From: an uncultured Bacilli bacterium
GTDB taxonomy: Bacteria; Bacillota_I; Bacilli_A; RF39; UBA660
Direction of reading: 5' to 3'
NCBI GenBank assembly: GCA_947630575.1
Contig: CANRIB010000005.1
Span: forward strand, 196-64,195
DNA length: 64,000 bases
The notes under the pieces are model-generated. The model did no database searches, was not told where the DNA came from, and was given only the letters and a program-made list of their open reading frames with translations. This document shows, in pieces, positions 9,581 through 19,286 of this stretch (position 1 is the stretch's first letter; each line of letters starts with the position of its first letter). The translations under genes were made by a program, and so were the position numbers.

Positions 9581-10819
9581 TTATATAAATATTACTTTTA
9601 AAAATACTTTTTTGCCTTTTTGAATTATTAAAGAATTACCACTTAAATTTTTTTCAGTAATTATTTGGTCAGAAGATTTTACTTTTTCTTGATTTATCGA
9701 AATACCATTTTGGTCAATAAGTCTTTTGGCTTCTGATTTTGATGAAGCTATTTTAGATTCTACAAGTAAATCTACAATATTAATATTTAGTATATTTTTA
9801 GATAATTCTATTGATGGCATATTATCGGATACTCCTTTGTTACTAAATAATTCTTCTGCAGTTTTTTGGGCTTTAAGGGCTTCTTCTTCTCCGTGGACTA
9901 ATTTTGTTACTTCAAAAGCAAGTATTTTTTTAGCTTGTCTAATATCTTTTTTACATAATTCTTTTATGGCTGATATTTCCATTCTGGTAAAGAAAGATAA
10001 ACTTCTTTCGACATCTTCATCAAAAGAATTTATCCAAGCTTGGTAAAAATCAAAAGCGCTTGTTTTATCTCTTGACACCCATAAAGTGCCTGTTGCAGTT
10101 TTGCCCATTTTTTCACCATCAGCTTTTATTAATAAAGGACAAGTGAGACCAAATAAGGGATCTATTTTCTTACCTTCACTATAACCAATTTTACGAGATA
10201 AATCAGCACCGGCTAGAATATTACCCCACTGGTCTGAGCCACCTATTTGAAGGCGACAACCATATTCTTTATTTAAGTGAACAAAATCAAAGGCTTGCAT
10301 TAACATATAACCCATTTCTAAAAATGTTAAACCACCATTTTCTAATCTTTTTTTATAACAATCAGCGGCGAGCATAGTATTTACATTAAAATGGACTCCA
10401 ATATCTCTCATAAAATCAACATAAGTTTTATTGCAGATCCAATCAGCATTATCAACAATAATGGCAGGATTATCTCCATCTGTTTTTACAAATCTTTTAA
10501 CTAATTCTTTAACTTCTTTTTTATTATGGGCTACCTCTTCTTTTGAAAGCATTTTTCGCATATTGCTTTTACCGGTAGGATCACCAATTAATGCGGTTGC
10601 ACCACCAATTAAAATAATGCCATGATGGCCAAAATCTTGAAGCCATCTAAACAAAGTTAGGGCAAAGAAATGGCCTATATGAAGACTATCGGCAGTTGGG
10701 TCTATTCCTAAGTAAAAGGTCATAGGTTCTCCATTAATTAAATCAATAATTTCTTTTTCGTGAGTTAAATCTTTTATATATCCTCTTTCTTTTAAAATAT
10801 CAAATAATTTTTTTTCCAT
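9581..10819 (-). CDS. tyrS: Tyrosine--tRNA ligase
   Basis: 412 aa with class I HIGH motif (LHIGHF), KMGKT (KMSKS-type) motif and C-terminal S4-like domain. GGAGGA SD lies 10 nt upstream of the ATG. Confidence 0.92.
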   Translation of the reverse strand: MEKKLFDILKERGYIKDLTHEKEIIDLINGEPMTFYLGIDPTADSLHIGHFFALTLFRWLQDFGHHGIILIGGATALIGDPTGKSNMRKMLSKEEVAHNKKEVKELVKRFVKTDGDNPAIIVDNADWICNKTYVDFMRDIGVHFNVNTMLAADCYKKRLENGGLTFLEMGYMLMQAFDFVHLNKEYGCRLQIGGSDQWGNILAGADLSRKIGYSEGKKIDPLFGLTCPLLIKADGEKMGKTATGTLWVSRDKTSAFDFYQAWINSFDEDVERSLSFFTRMEISAIKELCKKDIRQAKKILAFEVTKLVHGEEEALKAQKTAEELFSNKGVSDNMPSIELSKNILNINIVDLLVESKIASSKSEAKRLIDQNGISINQEKVKSSDQIITEKNLSGNSLIIQKGKKVFLKVIFI

Positions 10820-10901
10820 AATTTTTTATTCCTCCATTGTATTTTGTATAGTTAATTAAATTACAATCATTAAAGTAATAATAGTAATAGTCACTATCCA
10901 T
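10800..10901 (-). CDS. Tyr-codon-rich upstream ORF (33 aa) between the T-box terminator and tyrS
   Basis: ATG at 10901 lies 6 nt after AAGGAGGTG. It encodes MDSDYYYYYFNDCNLINYTKYNGGIKNYGKKII (8 Tyr, 5 consecutive). It ends at a TGA 20 nt inside tyrS, in a different frame. Absent from the ORF track because it is shorter than 60 aa. Confidence 0.4.
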   Translation of the reverse strand: MDSDYYYYYFNDCNLINYTKYNGGIKNYGKKII

Positions 10902-10920
10902 ACAAACCACCTCCTTGAAA

Positions 10921-11135
10921 TAAAAAAAGAGTAAATCATCCAAAGGACGAATTACTCGTGGTACCACCTTTATTTGTAATAATAGCTTATTACCTCTTAT
11001 TGATAACGGATATTTATCCGATTAAAATCATCATTTGTAATTCATTATTTTAATTTTACTTGTTTGCACCAACCACAAGTTCTCTATAAATTATTTTAAA
11101 ATAATTACTTTGAATGAATCGCTTTTTAATTAATT
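10921..11135 (-). promoter_or_regulatory. T-box riboswitch leader, Tyr (UAC) specifier
   Basis: Minus strand shows AGAGA and AGUA elements, a GGUGCAA distal-loop-like motif, CCGUUA (F-box-like), candidate specifier GAAU-UAC-A at 11037..11039, T-box core AAAGGUGGUACCACGAG (plus-strand 10957..10973), then a terminator hairpin and U-run (about 10921..10965). Confidence 0.8.
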
Positions 11136-11141
11136 GAATTA

Positions 11142-11170
11142 ATTATACCATATTTTAGGTTAAATGGCAA
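11142..11170 (-). promoter_or_regulatory. Sigma-A type promoter for the tyrS T-box leader
   Basis: TTGCCA, 17 nt, then extended -10 TGGTATAAT, read on the minus strand. Confidence 0.65.
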
Positions 11171-11312
11171 ATTTTGTTTTTTAGCTAATTTTTTGGTAAA
11201 AGAATTTTGATAAAATTACTATTTTAGGTTGAATCTATTTTAAATACTTTAAAACTATTATGATTTTTGTTATAATGTAAAAAATAAATTTTAATTTAGA
11301 GGAGGATTTAAA

Positions 11313-11891
11313 ATGGCAAATTTGATTGTTGTTTCGGGACCACAAGCAGTGGGCAAAATGACTGTGGCGGAAAAATTAAGAGAAAAATTGGGATATTCTT
11401 TAATGACAAATCATGATAGTATTGAGCTTTCAATAAAAATTTTTGAAAATGGAAGTTCTGCTCAAAAAGAATTAAATTTAGCAATAAGAGAAAATGTATT
11501 TAACCTTGCCGCAAAAAATAATATAGATATGATATTTACATTTATAACGGCATTTAATTTTCAAGAAGATTTAGATTATTTAAATAGATTAAGAAAAATA
11601 TTTGAACAAACAGGAGGAAGTTTTTATTTTGTGGAATTAATTTCGGATGTAAAAACACGTCTAGAAAGAAATGTTACTCCCCATAGACTTGATTCAAAAA
11701 AGTCAAAAAATAATGTTGAATGGAGTAATAATGAACTAATAGAAAGTATGAAAAAATACAGAATGAACACTTACGAAGGAGAATATATTTGTGAAAATCA
11801 TATAAAAATTGATAATACTCATTTATCACCAGAAGTAGTAGCAGATATAGTTATTGAAAAATGTAATATTCAAAAAGAACGAGGAATTTAA
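11313..11891 (+). CDS. P-loop NTPase / small-molecule kinase-like protein (AAA_33-like)
   Basis: 192 aa with Walker A GPQAVGKMT at the N-terminus. Size and layout resemble nucleotide or antibiotic kinases. SD is GAGGAGG. Confidence 0.55.
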   Translation: MANLIVVSGPQAVGKMTVAEKLREKLGYSLMTNHDSIELSIKIFENGSSAQKELNLAIRENVFNLAAKNNIDMIFTFITAFNFQEDLDYLNRLRKIFEQTGGSFYFVELISDVKTRLERNVTPHRLDSKKSKNNVEWSNNELIESMKKYRMNTYEGEYICENHIKIDNTHLSPEVVADIVIEKCNIQKERGI

Positions 11892-11895
11892 AAAA

Positions 11896-11920
11896 ATCAA
11901 TCTTTCGGTTGATATTTTTT
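11896..11920 (+). terminator. Rho-independent terminator
   Basis: Hairpin atcaatc/ggttgat with loop tttc followed by tttttt, directly after the stop at 11891. Confidence 0.6.
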
Positions 11921-12028
11921 ATACTCACAAGATTATTAAAATACCTTTTTTTAAAAATTAAATATTTCAAATCTTTTTCTACAATTAAAAAAGTGAGTTC
12001 TATTAAAAATAAAACTACACTATTTAAA

Positions 12029-12871
12029 TTATTTTTTTCTTACTAGTCGATGTTTATAACCCCAATTATTCTTGTCATAAGTTTCAAAATTATAACCATT
12101 ATCTATTAATTCAAATAAAGCATCGCCCATTAATTCATTTGGTACATCATCCATTAAAGTTTGCATTGTTCTTCTATATAATGTACTATTTTCAGGAATT
12201 TTTAATAAATGTAATATTTTTTCATACTCATTTAAATTTTCTCTTTCAAATAATTCGGGATAAAAAAGTTGTTTACCATTCATTATCGCGTAAAATAAAG
12301 CATAAATACTTCTAATATCTAATTCTTTGGTCATGTAATCACCATTTAAACATTTTTTCATTCCCATAACATTATCTAAGTCTTCCCAATATGGAGCAAC
12401 TAGACCTGAAATGGAGTCAGATGGATAATCTTTTAATTGAATATCATCAGGATCTATTATAAAGAAATCCATATCATTTTCTTTATTTAAAAGCATAATA
12501 TTTTTGGTATTAGCTAAATCTAAGAAAACCATATCTTTTAAACTCATAACATTTTTTTCTATTTTTTGAAGTAATTTAGCACAAGTTAATAAATCCATAT
12601 CATAATCTTGTAAATACTTTTCTAATTCTATTCCTTCTATAAAAGGATATTTAATAACCATCGAACAAACATTAATTTTACCAACTTTTATTGGTCTAAT
12701 AACAAAATTAGGCCAGTTCTTTTTACGTCTCATAGCAATTAATTTTTCTCTTTGTTGTTGATATTCTTTAATTTTCCAATCACATACATCATATTTTTTT
12801 AAAACAACAGAAGGATTATCTAAATCCCTATAAACCGTAACATAATCCCCTTGTTTAAAATATTCTTTCAT
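12029..12871 (-). CDS. Protein-kinase-like fold protein (atypical)
   Basis: Catalytic-loop-like FLDLANTKNIML and DFG-position IIDPDD, with VLKK as a possible beta3 Lys. ATG at 12871 has a GGGGG SD. The track start at 12886 lies only ~11 nt after the -10 box. Confidence 0.45.
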   Translation of the reverse strand: MKEYFKQGDYVTVYRDLDNPSVVLKKYDVCDWKIKEYQQQREKLIAMRRKKNWPNFVIRPIKVGKINVCSMVIKYPFIEGIELEKYLQDYDMDLLTCAKLLQKIEKNVMSLKDMVFLDLANTKNIMLLNKENDMDFFIIDPDDIQLKDYPSDSISGLVAPYWEDLDNVMGMKKCLNGDYMTKELDIRSIYALFYAIMNGKQLFYPELFERENLNEYEKILHLLKIPENSTLYRRTMQTLMDDVPNELMGDALFELIDNGYNFETYDKNNWGYKHRLVRKK

Positions 12872-12897
12872 AATTTTAACCCCCATTTAATGCTTAA

Positions 12898-12926
12898 ATT
12901 ATACCATAAAAGCATTTAAATGTCAA
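12898..12926 (-). promoter_or_regulatory. Consensus sigma-A promoter
   Basis: TTGACA, 17 nt, then TGGTATAAT on the minus strand. Confidence 0.65.
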
Positions 12927-12967
12927 ATTATGTAAAATTTGGAATAAAAAGAGGTTAATCTTACTAA

Positions 12968-13531
12968 TTATTTTTCATTTCTGATATTTTCTAAAATATT
13001 TTTAACTTCTTTATAAACCTCTATATTGCCATCATTTTGAGCATTTTCGGGTTTCACAAAATCATTTATTTCTTTAAGTGCTTCTTCAATATTATCTTTG
13101 TTAATTCTTTCTTTAATTAATAACTTACATGTATTAATATACCCTCTTATAGCTAAACCGGCTAGAGCTTTATAATAAGTTTTGGTTGGCATTTTAGATT
13201 TTTGGTATAACTCTTTAGCTAAGTCATCAGTAATTAGTCGAGGATTTTTTAAAATAATTTTATTAGTTCTATATACTCCATTAGGAGTTGATTTATTATT
13301 GATTTTTATAACTTCTGAATCTTTGGGAATGATAACATCATATAAAGTATCTCCTCTTATTAACCATCTTAAAATATTTTCTTCATTAGAAAAGTTGAAA
13401 CCACCCATTTTATCGGGTTTGGTTTCTTTAGGATTCCAATTTAAAGCGATATTTTCGGCATCAATTTTATAATGAAAATCACTAGCTCCTGATTTAGTAC
13501 TAAAAAGTACTTTAACAAATTTCTCATGCAT
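12968..13531 (-). CDS. Hypothetical protein
   Basis: ORF 12968..13588 overlaps the upstream GNAT gene by 53 nt. The internal ATG (MHEKF) at 13531 starts just after the GNAT stop at 13536. No recognisable motif. Confidence 0.5.
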   Translation of the reverse strand: MHEKFVKVLFSTKSGASDFHYKIDAENIALNWNPKETKPDKMGGFNFSNEENILRWLIRGDTLYDVIIPKDSEVIKINNKSTPNGVYRTNKIILKNPRLITDDLAKELYQKSKMPTKTYYKALAGLAIRGYINTCKLLIKERINKDNIEEALKEINDFVKPENAQNDGNIEVYKEVKNILENIRNEK

Positions 13532-13535
13532 AGGA

Positions 13536-13997
13536 TTAAACTCTTTTCTCCATTTGCATTCTTTGAGGTTTAAAGCCCATTTTTTCATAAAACTTTATGG
13601 CATTTTCATTTAAGTTCCAAACATTTAACTCAATAGAATTGATATTTAATAGTTGGGCTTTTTCTTCAATAAAAGTAAATAATTTAGTGCCTATCCCTTC
13701 ATTATAATAATTTTTATCGACAACAATATCTTCAATAAATAATATAGTTCTTTTATTCATTACAGGAATAAGCCCTACTTCTTTAATTCTTGCCATAATA
13801 TATCCCTTAATAATATTATTTTCTTCATAAACATAGTTTAAAGTATTTTTATCTTTTAAACTGATTTCAAAATCTTCATATGAAAATGAGTCTTCATTAT
13901 TAAAAATATCAGGACGTTTATTTAAATGGATTTCTTGAATTTGATTGATTAATTTTTTAATATTTTTATAATCATTAATATTAGTTTCTCTTATCAT
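13536..13997 (-). CDS. GNAT-family N-acetyltransferase
   Basis: 153 aa with IEDIVVDKNYYNEGIGTKLFTFIEEKA and NENAIKFYEKMGF motifs. Confidence 0.8.
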   Translation of the reverse strand: MIRETNINDYKNIKKLINQIQEIHLNKRPDIFNNEDSFSYEDFEISLKDKNTLNYVYEENNIIKGYIMARIKEVGLIPVMNKRTILFIEDIVVDKNYYNEGIGTKLFTFIEEKAQLLNINSIELNVWNLNENAIKFYEKMGFKPQRMQMEKRV

Positions 13998-14147
13998 TTA
14001 TCTAGCCTCCCTATGAATAACTTTTTCTCTTTTTAAATAATTATAATCTATAAAATCTTGATAAGTATTTTGCCACCCTGTTACTTGAATGGTAGCAACA
14101 TCAAGTAAATCTTTTGCTTCAATATCTCTAATTATTAAATTATTCAT
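13998..14147 (-). pseudogene. Truncated GNAT N-terminal fragment (49 codons)
   Basis: MNNLIIRDIEAKDLLDVATIQVTGWQNTYQDFIDYNYLKREKVIHREAR resembles a GNAT N-terminus only. Its stop overlaps the start of the next GNAT gene (TAAATG). Confidence 0.45.
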
Positions 14148-14150
14148 AAA

Positions 14151-16694
14151 TTATTTCCTTTCTAATTCTTTTAATTCAAATAAAGCATTAATGGCTTCCA
14201 TAGGTGTCATGTGCAGAGGATCATATTTTTTTAGTTGTTCTCTTAATATATCCGTTTCTTCTTTAGTATCAAAATTCATAGCTAACTGAATATTATTGTC
14301 TTTGGGTGCTATTTTTTTATTGGTATTTTCATAACCATTTAATATTTCTTGGGCACGGTCTAATAGTTCTTGAGGCATAGCAGCAAGTCTTGCAACATGA
14401 ATACCATAGCTTTTATCGGCAGGTCCTTTTTCTACTTTATGTAAGAAAGTAATCATGCTTCCCTCTTCTTTCGCGGCAACATGAACATTTTTGATATTAG
14501 GAAATTCTTTATCTAAAGTTGTAAGTTCATGATAATGAGTGGAAAATAAAGTTTTACATTTAATATTTTTAGCTACATATTCAAGTATGGCTTGAGCAAG
14601 ACTAATACCATCATAAGTGGCTGTTCCTCTTCCTAGTTCGTCAAAGATAATTAAACTATTTGGGGTAGCATTGCTTATCGCGTTTTTTGCTTCCTTCATT
14701 TCTACCATGAAAGTAGATTCACCACTTACTAAATCATCGGAGGCACCAATACGCGTAAATATTTTATCAATAATAGGAAGATTCGCTTTTTTGGCAGGAA
14801 CATAAGAACCCATTTGAGCCATAATGGTGATAATCGCACATTCCCGCATATAAGTTGATTTACCACTCATGTTAGGACCAGTGATAAGTAAAATATCAGT
14901 GGTATTATCCATTACTATATCATTAGGAACAAATGGTACTTTTAAAGTTTCTTCAATGACAGGATGTCTACCATCAATTATTTCTATTTTATTTTCAGCA
15001 TTTATAGTGGGTCTAACTAAATTATAAGCATCAGCACAAACGGCTAGAGAACATAAAGCATCAAGTTCACTAATAATCTCGGCAGTTTCTTTTAAACTTA
15101 AAATATCTTTTTTGATAATGTCCCTTATTTCACAAAATAAAGTATATTCTAATTCAAAGATTTTTTCTTCCGCATTTAATATTAAAGATTCTTTCTCTTT
15201 TAATTCAGGAGAAATAAAACGTTCACAGTTAGTTAAAGTCTGTCTTCGTTCCCAACCAAATTCTTCACTTACTTTTTTAGCTTCACTTTTGGATACTTCA
15301 ATATAATAACCAAAGACACGATTAAAGCCAATTTTTAAATTCTTAAGACCTGTTTCTTCTTTGATTTTAGATTCAAATTCGGCGATAAAATCTTTACCAC
15401 CACTTCTAATACTTTTTAATTCATCTAATTCTTTATTATAACCATCTTTAATAATAAAGCCTTCTTTAACACTTATTGGGGGATTTTCATAAATACTTTT
15501 TTCTAATAATTCATATAAATCTTCATGGGTGTTAATTTCATAGGGAAATTTTAAATCTTTGATAATATCTTTTACACGGGGTAAAACACCAAGAGAATTT
15601 TTTATTTGTAGTAAATCACGAGCATTTAGACTACCAGTGATAACTTTAGCACATAATCTTTCTAAATCATATATTTCATATAATAAATCTCTTAATTCAT
15701 CTTTTAAGATAAATTCATTGTTTAGAGTTTCAATTTTGTCATAACGCGCGATAATTTCATTTTTATCTCTTAAAGGATTTAATAACCAGTTTTTTAATTT
15801 TCGAGAACCCATCGCCGTTTTAGTTTTATCTAGTAACCATAAAAGAGAATAAGTTCTTTCTTTTAATCTTAAAGTTTCAGTTAGTTCTAAATTACGAATA
15901 GTATGAACATCCATTTCGAGATAATCATTCCGATTTACTATTTCTACTTTAGATATATGACTTAAATCTTTTAATTCTTTTATGACTAAATAATAAAGTA
16001 AATGCCTTATTCCTTGTTTTACGCGAACATCATTTACACTTTCAATTAGAGATTCATACCCTTCAGTTAAATAGTTATCACAGATAGATATTTCAATACC
16101 ATAGTTATTTTTTAGAATATTTAAAAGTTCAGAATCAAGATTATTTTCTAATATTACTTCTTTAATATTTAAATGTAATATTTCATTTAATAATTTATCT
16201 TTATTATGACTTATATTTAAACTTTTTAGTTCACCGGTAGAAATATCGGCATAAGTTAAAAGATATAAATATTCTAAGTCAAGTAAAGATGCAATATAAT
16301 TGTTATCATGCTCATTTAAAGATTCTAAATTGACAATGGAACCTTTAGAAATAACTTCAATAACTCCTCTTTTAACCATACCTTTAGTACTTTTAGGATC
16401 TTCTAATTGTTCACAGATGGCAATTTTATAACCTTTATCAATTAGTTTTTCGATGTAGGGATTCACACTGTGGAAAGGAACACCACACATCGGAATTCGC
16501 TCTTTTAGGCCAGCATTTTTCCCTGTTAGAGTTAGTTCTAGTTCTCTTGATGCGGTAATACCATCTTCAAAAAATAACTCATAAAAATCACCAAGACGAA
16601 AAAACAACAATTCATCCGGATATTTATTTTTTATCTCGACGTATTGTTGCATCATTGGACTTAATTCATTTATATCTACTTCACTTAATTTCAT
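14151..16694 (-). CDS. mutS: DNA mismatch repair protein MutS
   Basis: 847 aa with N-terminal mismatch-binding FFRLGDFYELFFEDG, Walker A GPNMSGKST and STFMVEM motif. Confidence 0.95.
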   Translation of the reverse strand: MKLSEVDINELSPMMQQYVEIKNKYPDELLFFRLGDFYELFFEDGITASRELELTLTGKNAGLKERIPMCGVPFHSVNPYIEKLIDKGYKIAICEQLEDPKSTKGMVKRGVIEVISKGSIVNLESLNEHDNNYIASLLDLEYLYLLTYADISTGELKSLNISHNKDKLLNEILHLNIKEVILENNLDSELLNILKNNYGIEISICDNYLTEGYESLIESVNDVRVKQGIRHLLYYLVIKELKDLSHISKVEIVNRNDYLEMDVHTIRNLELTETLRLKERTYSLLWLLDKTKTAMGSRKLKNWLLNPLRDKNEIIARYDKIETLNNEFILKDELRDLLYEIYDLERLCAKVITGSLNARDLLQIKNSLGVLPRVKDIIKDLKFPYEINTHEDLYELLEKSIYENPPISVKEGFIIKDGYNKELDELKSIRSGGKDFIAEFESKIKEETGLKNLKIGFNRVFGYYIEVSKSEAKKVSEEFGWERRQTLTNCERFISPELKEKESLILNAEEKIFELEYTLFCEIRDIIKKDILSLKETAEIISELDALCSLAVCADAYNLVRPTINAENKIEIIDGRHPVIEETLKVPFVPNDIVMDNTTDILLITGPNMSGKSTYMRECAIITIMAQMGSYVPAKKANLPIIDKIFTRIGASDDLVSGESTFMVEMKEAKNAISNATPNSLIIFDELGRGTATYDGISLAQAILEYVAKNIKCKTLFSTHYHELTTLDKEFPNIKNVHVAAKEEGSMITFLHKVEKGPADKSYGIHVARLAAMPQELLDRAQEILNGYENTNKKIAPKDNNIQLAMNFDTKEETDILREQLKKYDPLHMTPMEAINALFELKELERK

Positions 16695-16757
16695 ACTACA
16701 TCTTCACCCTGCATAATAATTATAGCAAAACATCCTTAAGAAATCTAGCAATTATCC

Positions 16758-17645
16758 TTATTTTTCACGAACTTTAATAATATCATCAGAAGATAATTCC
16801 CCAATTAATAAAGAAGAGGTAGGATTATGATGGCTATAGTTATTTTGGATATTTGCTTCATCATAATTAGCATAACAATATTTACATAAATGAAGACAGG
16901 AATTATAAGAACCAATATCAACCATTTGGACACAATGGCAATTTTCGCCTTTACGAGCACGCCAGTTAGGATATTTTTTGCCAGTTAAAATATAAGCTTG
17001 TTCATGAGAGAGGCAATCACCGACAATAAAGCCATATTCACCTAAGTTATGATGCTCATTGCAAGTTTGGACAGTCATATTATTAGAGGTGGCAATCTTA
17101 CTAAAATTAGTACCAATTATTTTATAATCTTCTTCCTTTAAAGGGCGATAATTTAAGATAGACATATTTTTTTGAACATTTTTATAATTATCAAGAAAAG
17201 AAATTATGATTTTATTGACATAACCATTAAGTAAAGAACACATTTTATTAAAAGCTTTTAAGTGATACTCTAAATTATATTTAGGGCTTATAAATATGGG
17301 GTCATATCTAATATATAAATTATCTATACCAATAATTTGAGATAATCTTTTAATACCTTCAATTATTTTACTTTTAGATGGAACATGAGGCTCAATATCA
17401 TTTTTATAGGGAGTTAAAGTAACATGAAAGATAATATTCTTTTTAATATGAGGTAAATAATCTAGGATAGGTAAAGGGTTTTTGGTGCAAAACATAATCG
17501 CGTCGACATCTTTAAAATTAAGACGGCTAACTAATTTAGGATTAAAGGGATTTCTAACATCAATAAAACCAGCTTCATATCTATTAATAAACCATTTAGA
17601 ATAAAAAGCCACTATATCTGTTCTCCCACTTACATTTAATATCAT
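16758..17645 (-). CDS. DUF1848-family protein (Cys-rich C-terminus)
   Basis: N-terminus SGRTDIVAFYSKWFINRYEAGFIDVRNPFNP matches my memory of DUF1848. Cys cluster CHCVQMVDIGSYNSCLHLCKYCYA. Confidence 0.6.
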   Translation of the reverse strand: MILNVSGRTDIVAFYSKWFINRYEAGFIDVRNPFNPKLVSRLNFKDVDAIMFCTKNPLPILDYLPHIKKNIIFHVTLTPYKNDIEPHVPSKSKIIEGIKRLSQIIGIDNLYIRYDPIFISPKYNLEYHLKAFNKMCSLLNGYVNKIIISFLDNYKNVQKNMSILNYRPLKEEDYKIIGTNFSKIATSNNMTVQTCNEHHNLGEYGFIVGDCLSHEQAYILTGKKYPNWRARKGENCHCVQMVDIGSYNSCLHLCKYCYANYDEANIQNNYSHHNPTSSLLIGELSSDDIIKVREK

Positions 17646-17693
17646 ATTCCCTCCATTAGAATTTATTATACTATATTATTTAAATTAAAACAA

Positions 17694-17723
17694 ACAAAAA
17701 GTGGGAAAGAATGGAGTTCCCAC
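17694..17723 (-). terminator. Rho-independent terminator downstream of rpe
   Basis: Hairpin gtgggaa/ttcccac (17701..17723) followed on the minus strand by a U-run. Confidence 0.65.
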
Positions 17724-17815
17724 GTATGAAATTTGAAACTTTACAAAACATAACTATTTTGTATTACGTTTTGCATTACCATTATAATAAATATTTGATA
17801 ATTAGTCAATAATAT

Positions 17816-18454
17816 TTATATTTCTTGTAAAAGATTAATTCTTGCTTGATAGTCTTTAGCCATACAAATATAAGAACCAGATACGGCGATATCAATGTTT
17901 GCTTTAACTTCTTTTAAAGTTTCATTATTAATACCACCATCTATTTCTATTTTATAAGTTAAGTTATTATTATTACGATAGTTTTTGAGTATCTCTACCC
18001 TGTTTACAGCGGAAGGCATAAAACTTTGACCACCGGCTCCGGGAGGAACACTCATAACTAAAACTAAATCAATAATGCTTAAATAAGGCATTAATTCCAT
18101 AATATTAGTATCTGGTTTAATTGATAGTCCGACTTTAATATTATGTCTTTTTATAGCTTCAATAGTTTTAACTATATCTTTAGTAGCTTCTAGGTGAAAA
18201 GTAATATAACTAGGTTCTAATTCGGCTAATTTATCGATGTAGATTAAGGGATCAAAAACCATTAAATGAATATCTAAAGGTAATTCATGATTTTTTAATA
18301 ATTTTAAGACATCGGCTAGTTCAAAATTTCTTTGGGGAACAAATCCTCCATCCATTAAATCAACATGAATATAATTGGCGGTTGTTTTTTCAATGTTTAA
18401 AATAGTTTTTTCTTTACTATATAAACTATTTAAATAAGATACAGATATTTCCAT
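17816..18454 (-). CDS. rpe: Ribulose-phosphate 3-epimerase
   Basis: 212-aa TIM-barrel protein with HVDLMDGGFVP and MSVPPGAGGQSF motifs. Confidence 0.9.
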   Translation of the reverse strand: MEISVSYLNSLYSKEKTILNIEKTTANYIHVDLMDGGFVPQRNFELADVLKLLKNHELPLDIHLMVFDPLIYIDKLAELEPSYITFHLEATKDIVKTIEAIKRHNIKVGLSIKPDTNIMELMPYLSIIDLVLVMSVPPGAGGQSFMPSAVNRVEILKNYRNNNNLTYKIEIDGGINNETLKEVKANIDIAVSGSYICMAKDYQARINLLQEI

Positions 18455-18458
18455 TAAA

Positions 18459-19286
18459 TCACTTCCTTACAAAACTACAATAGTTCTCATAACGAGATTT
18501 TAAGATTTTTCCAGCATTAACTAATTTTTTAATTTCACAATCTTCTTCTTTGATATGACTACAATCTTTATAAAGACAATTAGAATTAGCAAATTCTTTA
18601 AAAGCATTTTTTATTTCTTCATTACTATATTTTTCTAAAGATAAAGATGAAAAACCCGGTGTATCGGCGATATAAAAATCTTTTATTAAATGAAATTCCG
18701 TATGACGAGTCGTATGTTTTCCACGTCCTAAGGCATAGCTAATTTCTCCTTCAAGAAGATTTTTGCTACTATCTATTTTGTTAATTAAACTAGATTTACC
18801 GGCCCCAGTTTGACCAGTTAAAACTATATATTTGTTTTTTAGATACGCTGTTAATTGAGGAATTTCGGTATTAGTAAAAGTTTTAATACCAATATTTTCA
18901 TAATATTTTCTTAAATTATTTAGGTCTTGTAATTCTTTTTTAGTTGCTTTATCTAATTTAGTAAAACAAATAATGGGTTTAATATGGGCTAAAATAATGC
19001 TTACAATTTCTTTATCTAATAAATTTAAAGATAAATCTGGTTCTTTTAGACTAGTAACAATTAAAGCAATATCAACATTGCTTACTTTGGGACGATCAAG
19101 TTCATTTTGACGCTTCATAATATCTAAAATATAATTATTTTTTTCATCTATTTCTACTTCATCACCAACAAGAGGAGTAAGCTCTAATTTACGAAACTTA
19201 CCCCTCGGTTGACAATCATAATAAGTATTAGCTACTTTAACACGATAAATATTGCTAATATTTTTGATAATTTTACCTTTTAACAT
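18459..19286 (-). CDS. rsgA: Ribosome small-subunit-dependent GTPase A
   Basis: 275 aa with circularly permuted GTPase motifs (FTKLD, GQTGAGKSSLIN), C-terminal Zn-finger Cys/His, and conserved position after prkC. Confidence 0.85.
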   Translation of the reverse strand: MLKGKIIKNISNIYRVKVANTYYDCQPRGKFRKLELTPLVGDEVEIDEKNNYILDIMKRQNELDRPKVSNVDIALIVTSLKEPDLSLNLLDKEIVSIILAHIKPIICFTKLDKATKKELQDLNNLRKYYENIGIKTFTNTEIPQLTAYLKNKYIVLTGQTGAGKSSLINKIDSSKNLLEGEISYALGRGKHTTRHTEFHLIKDFYIADTPGFSSLSLEKYSNEEIKNAFKEFANSNCLYKDCSHIKEEDCEIKKLVNAGKILKSRYENYCSFVRK

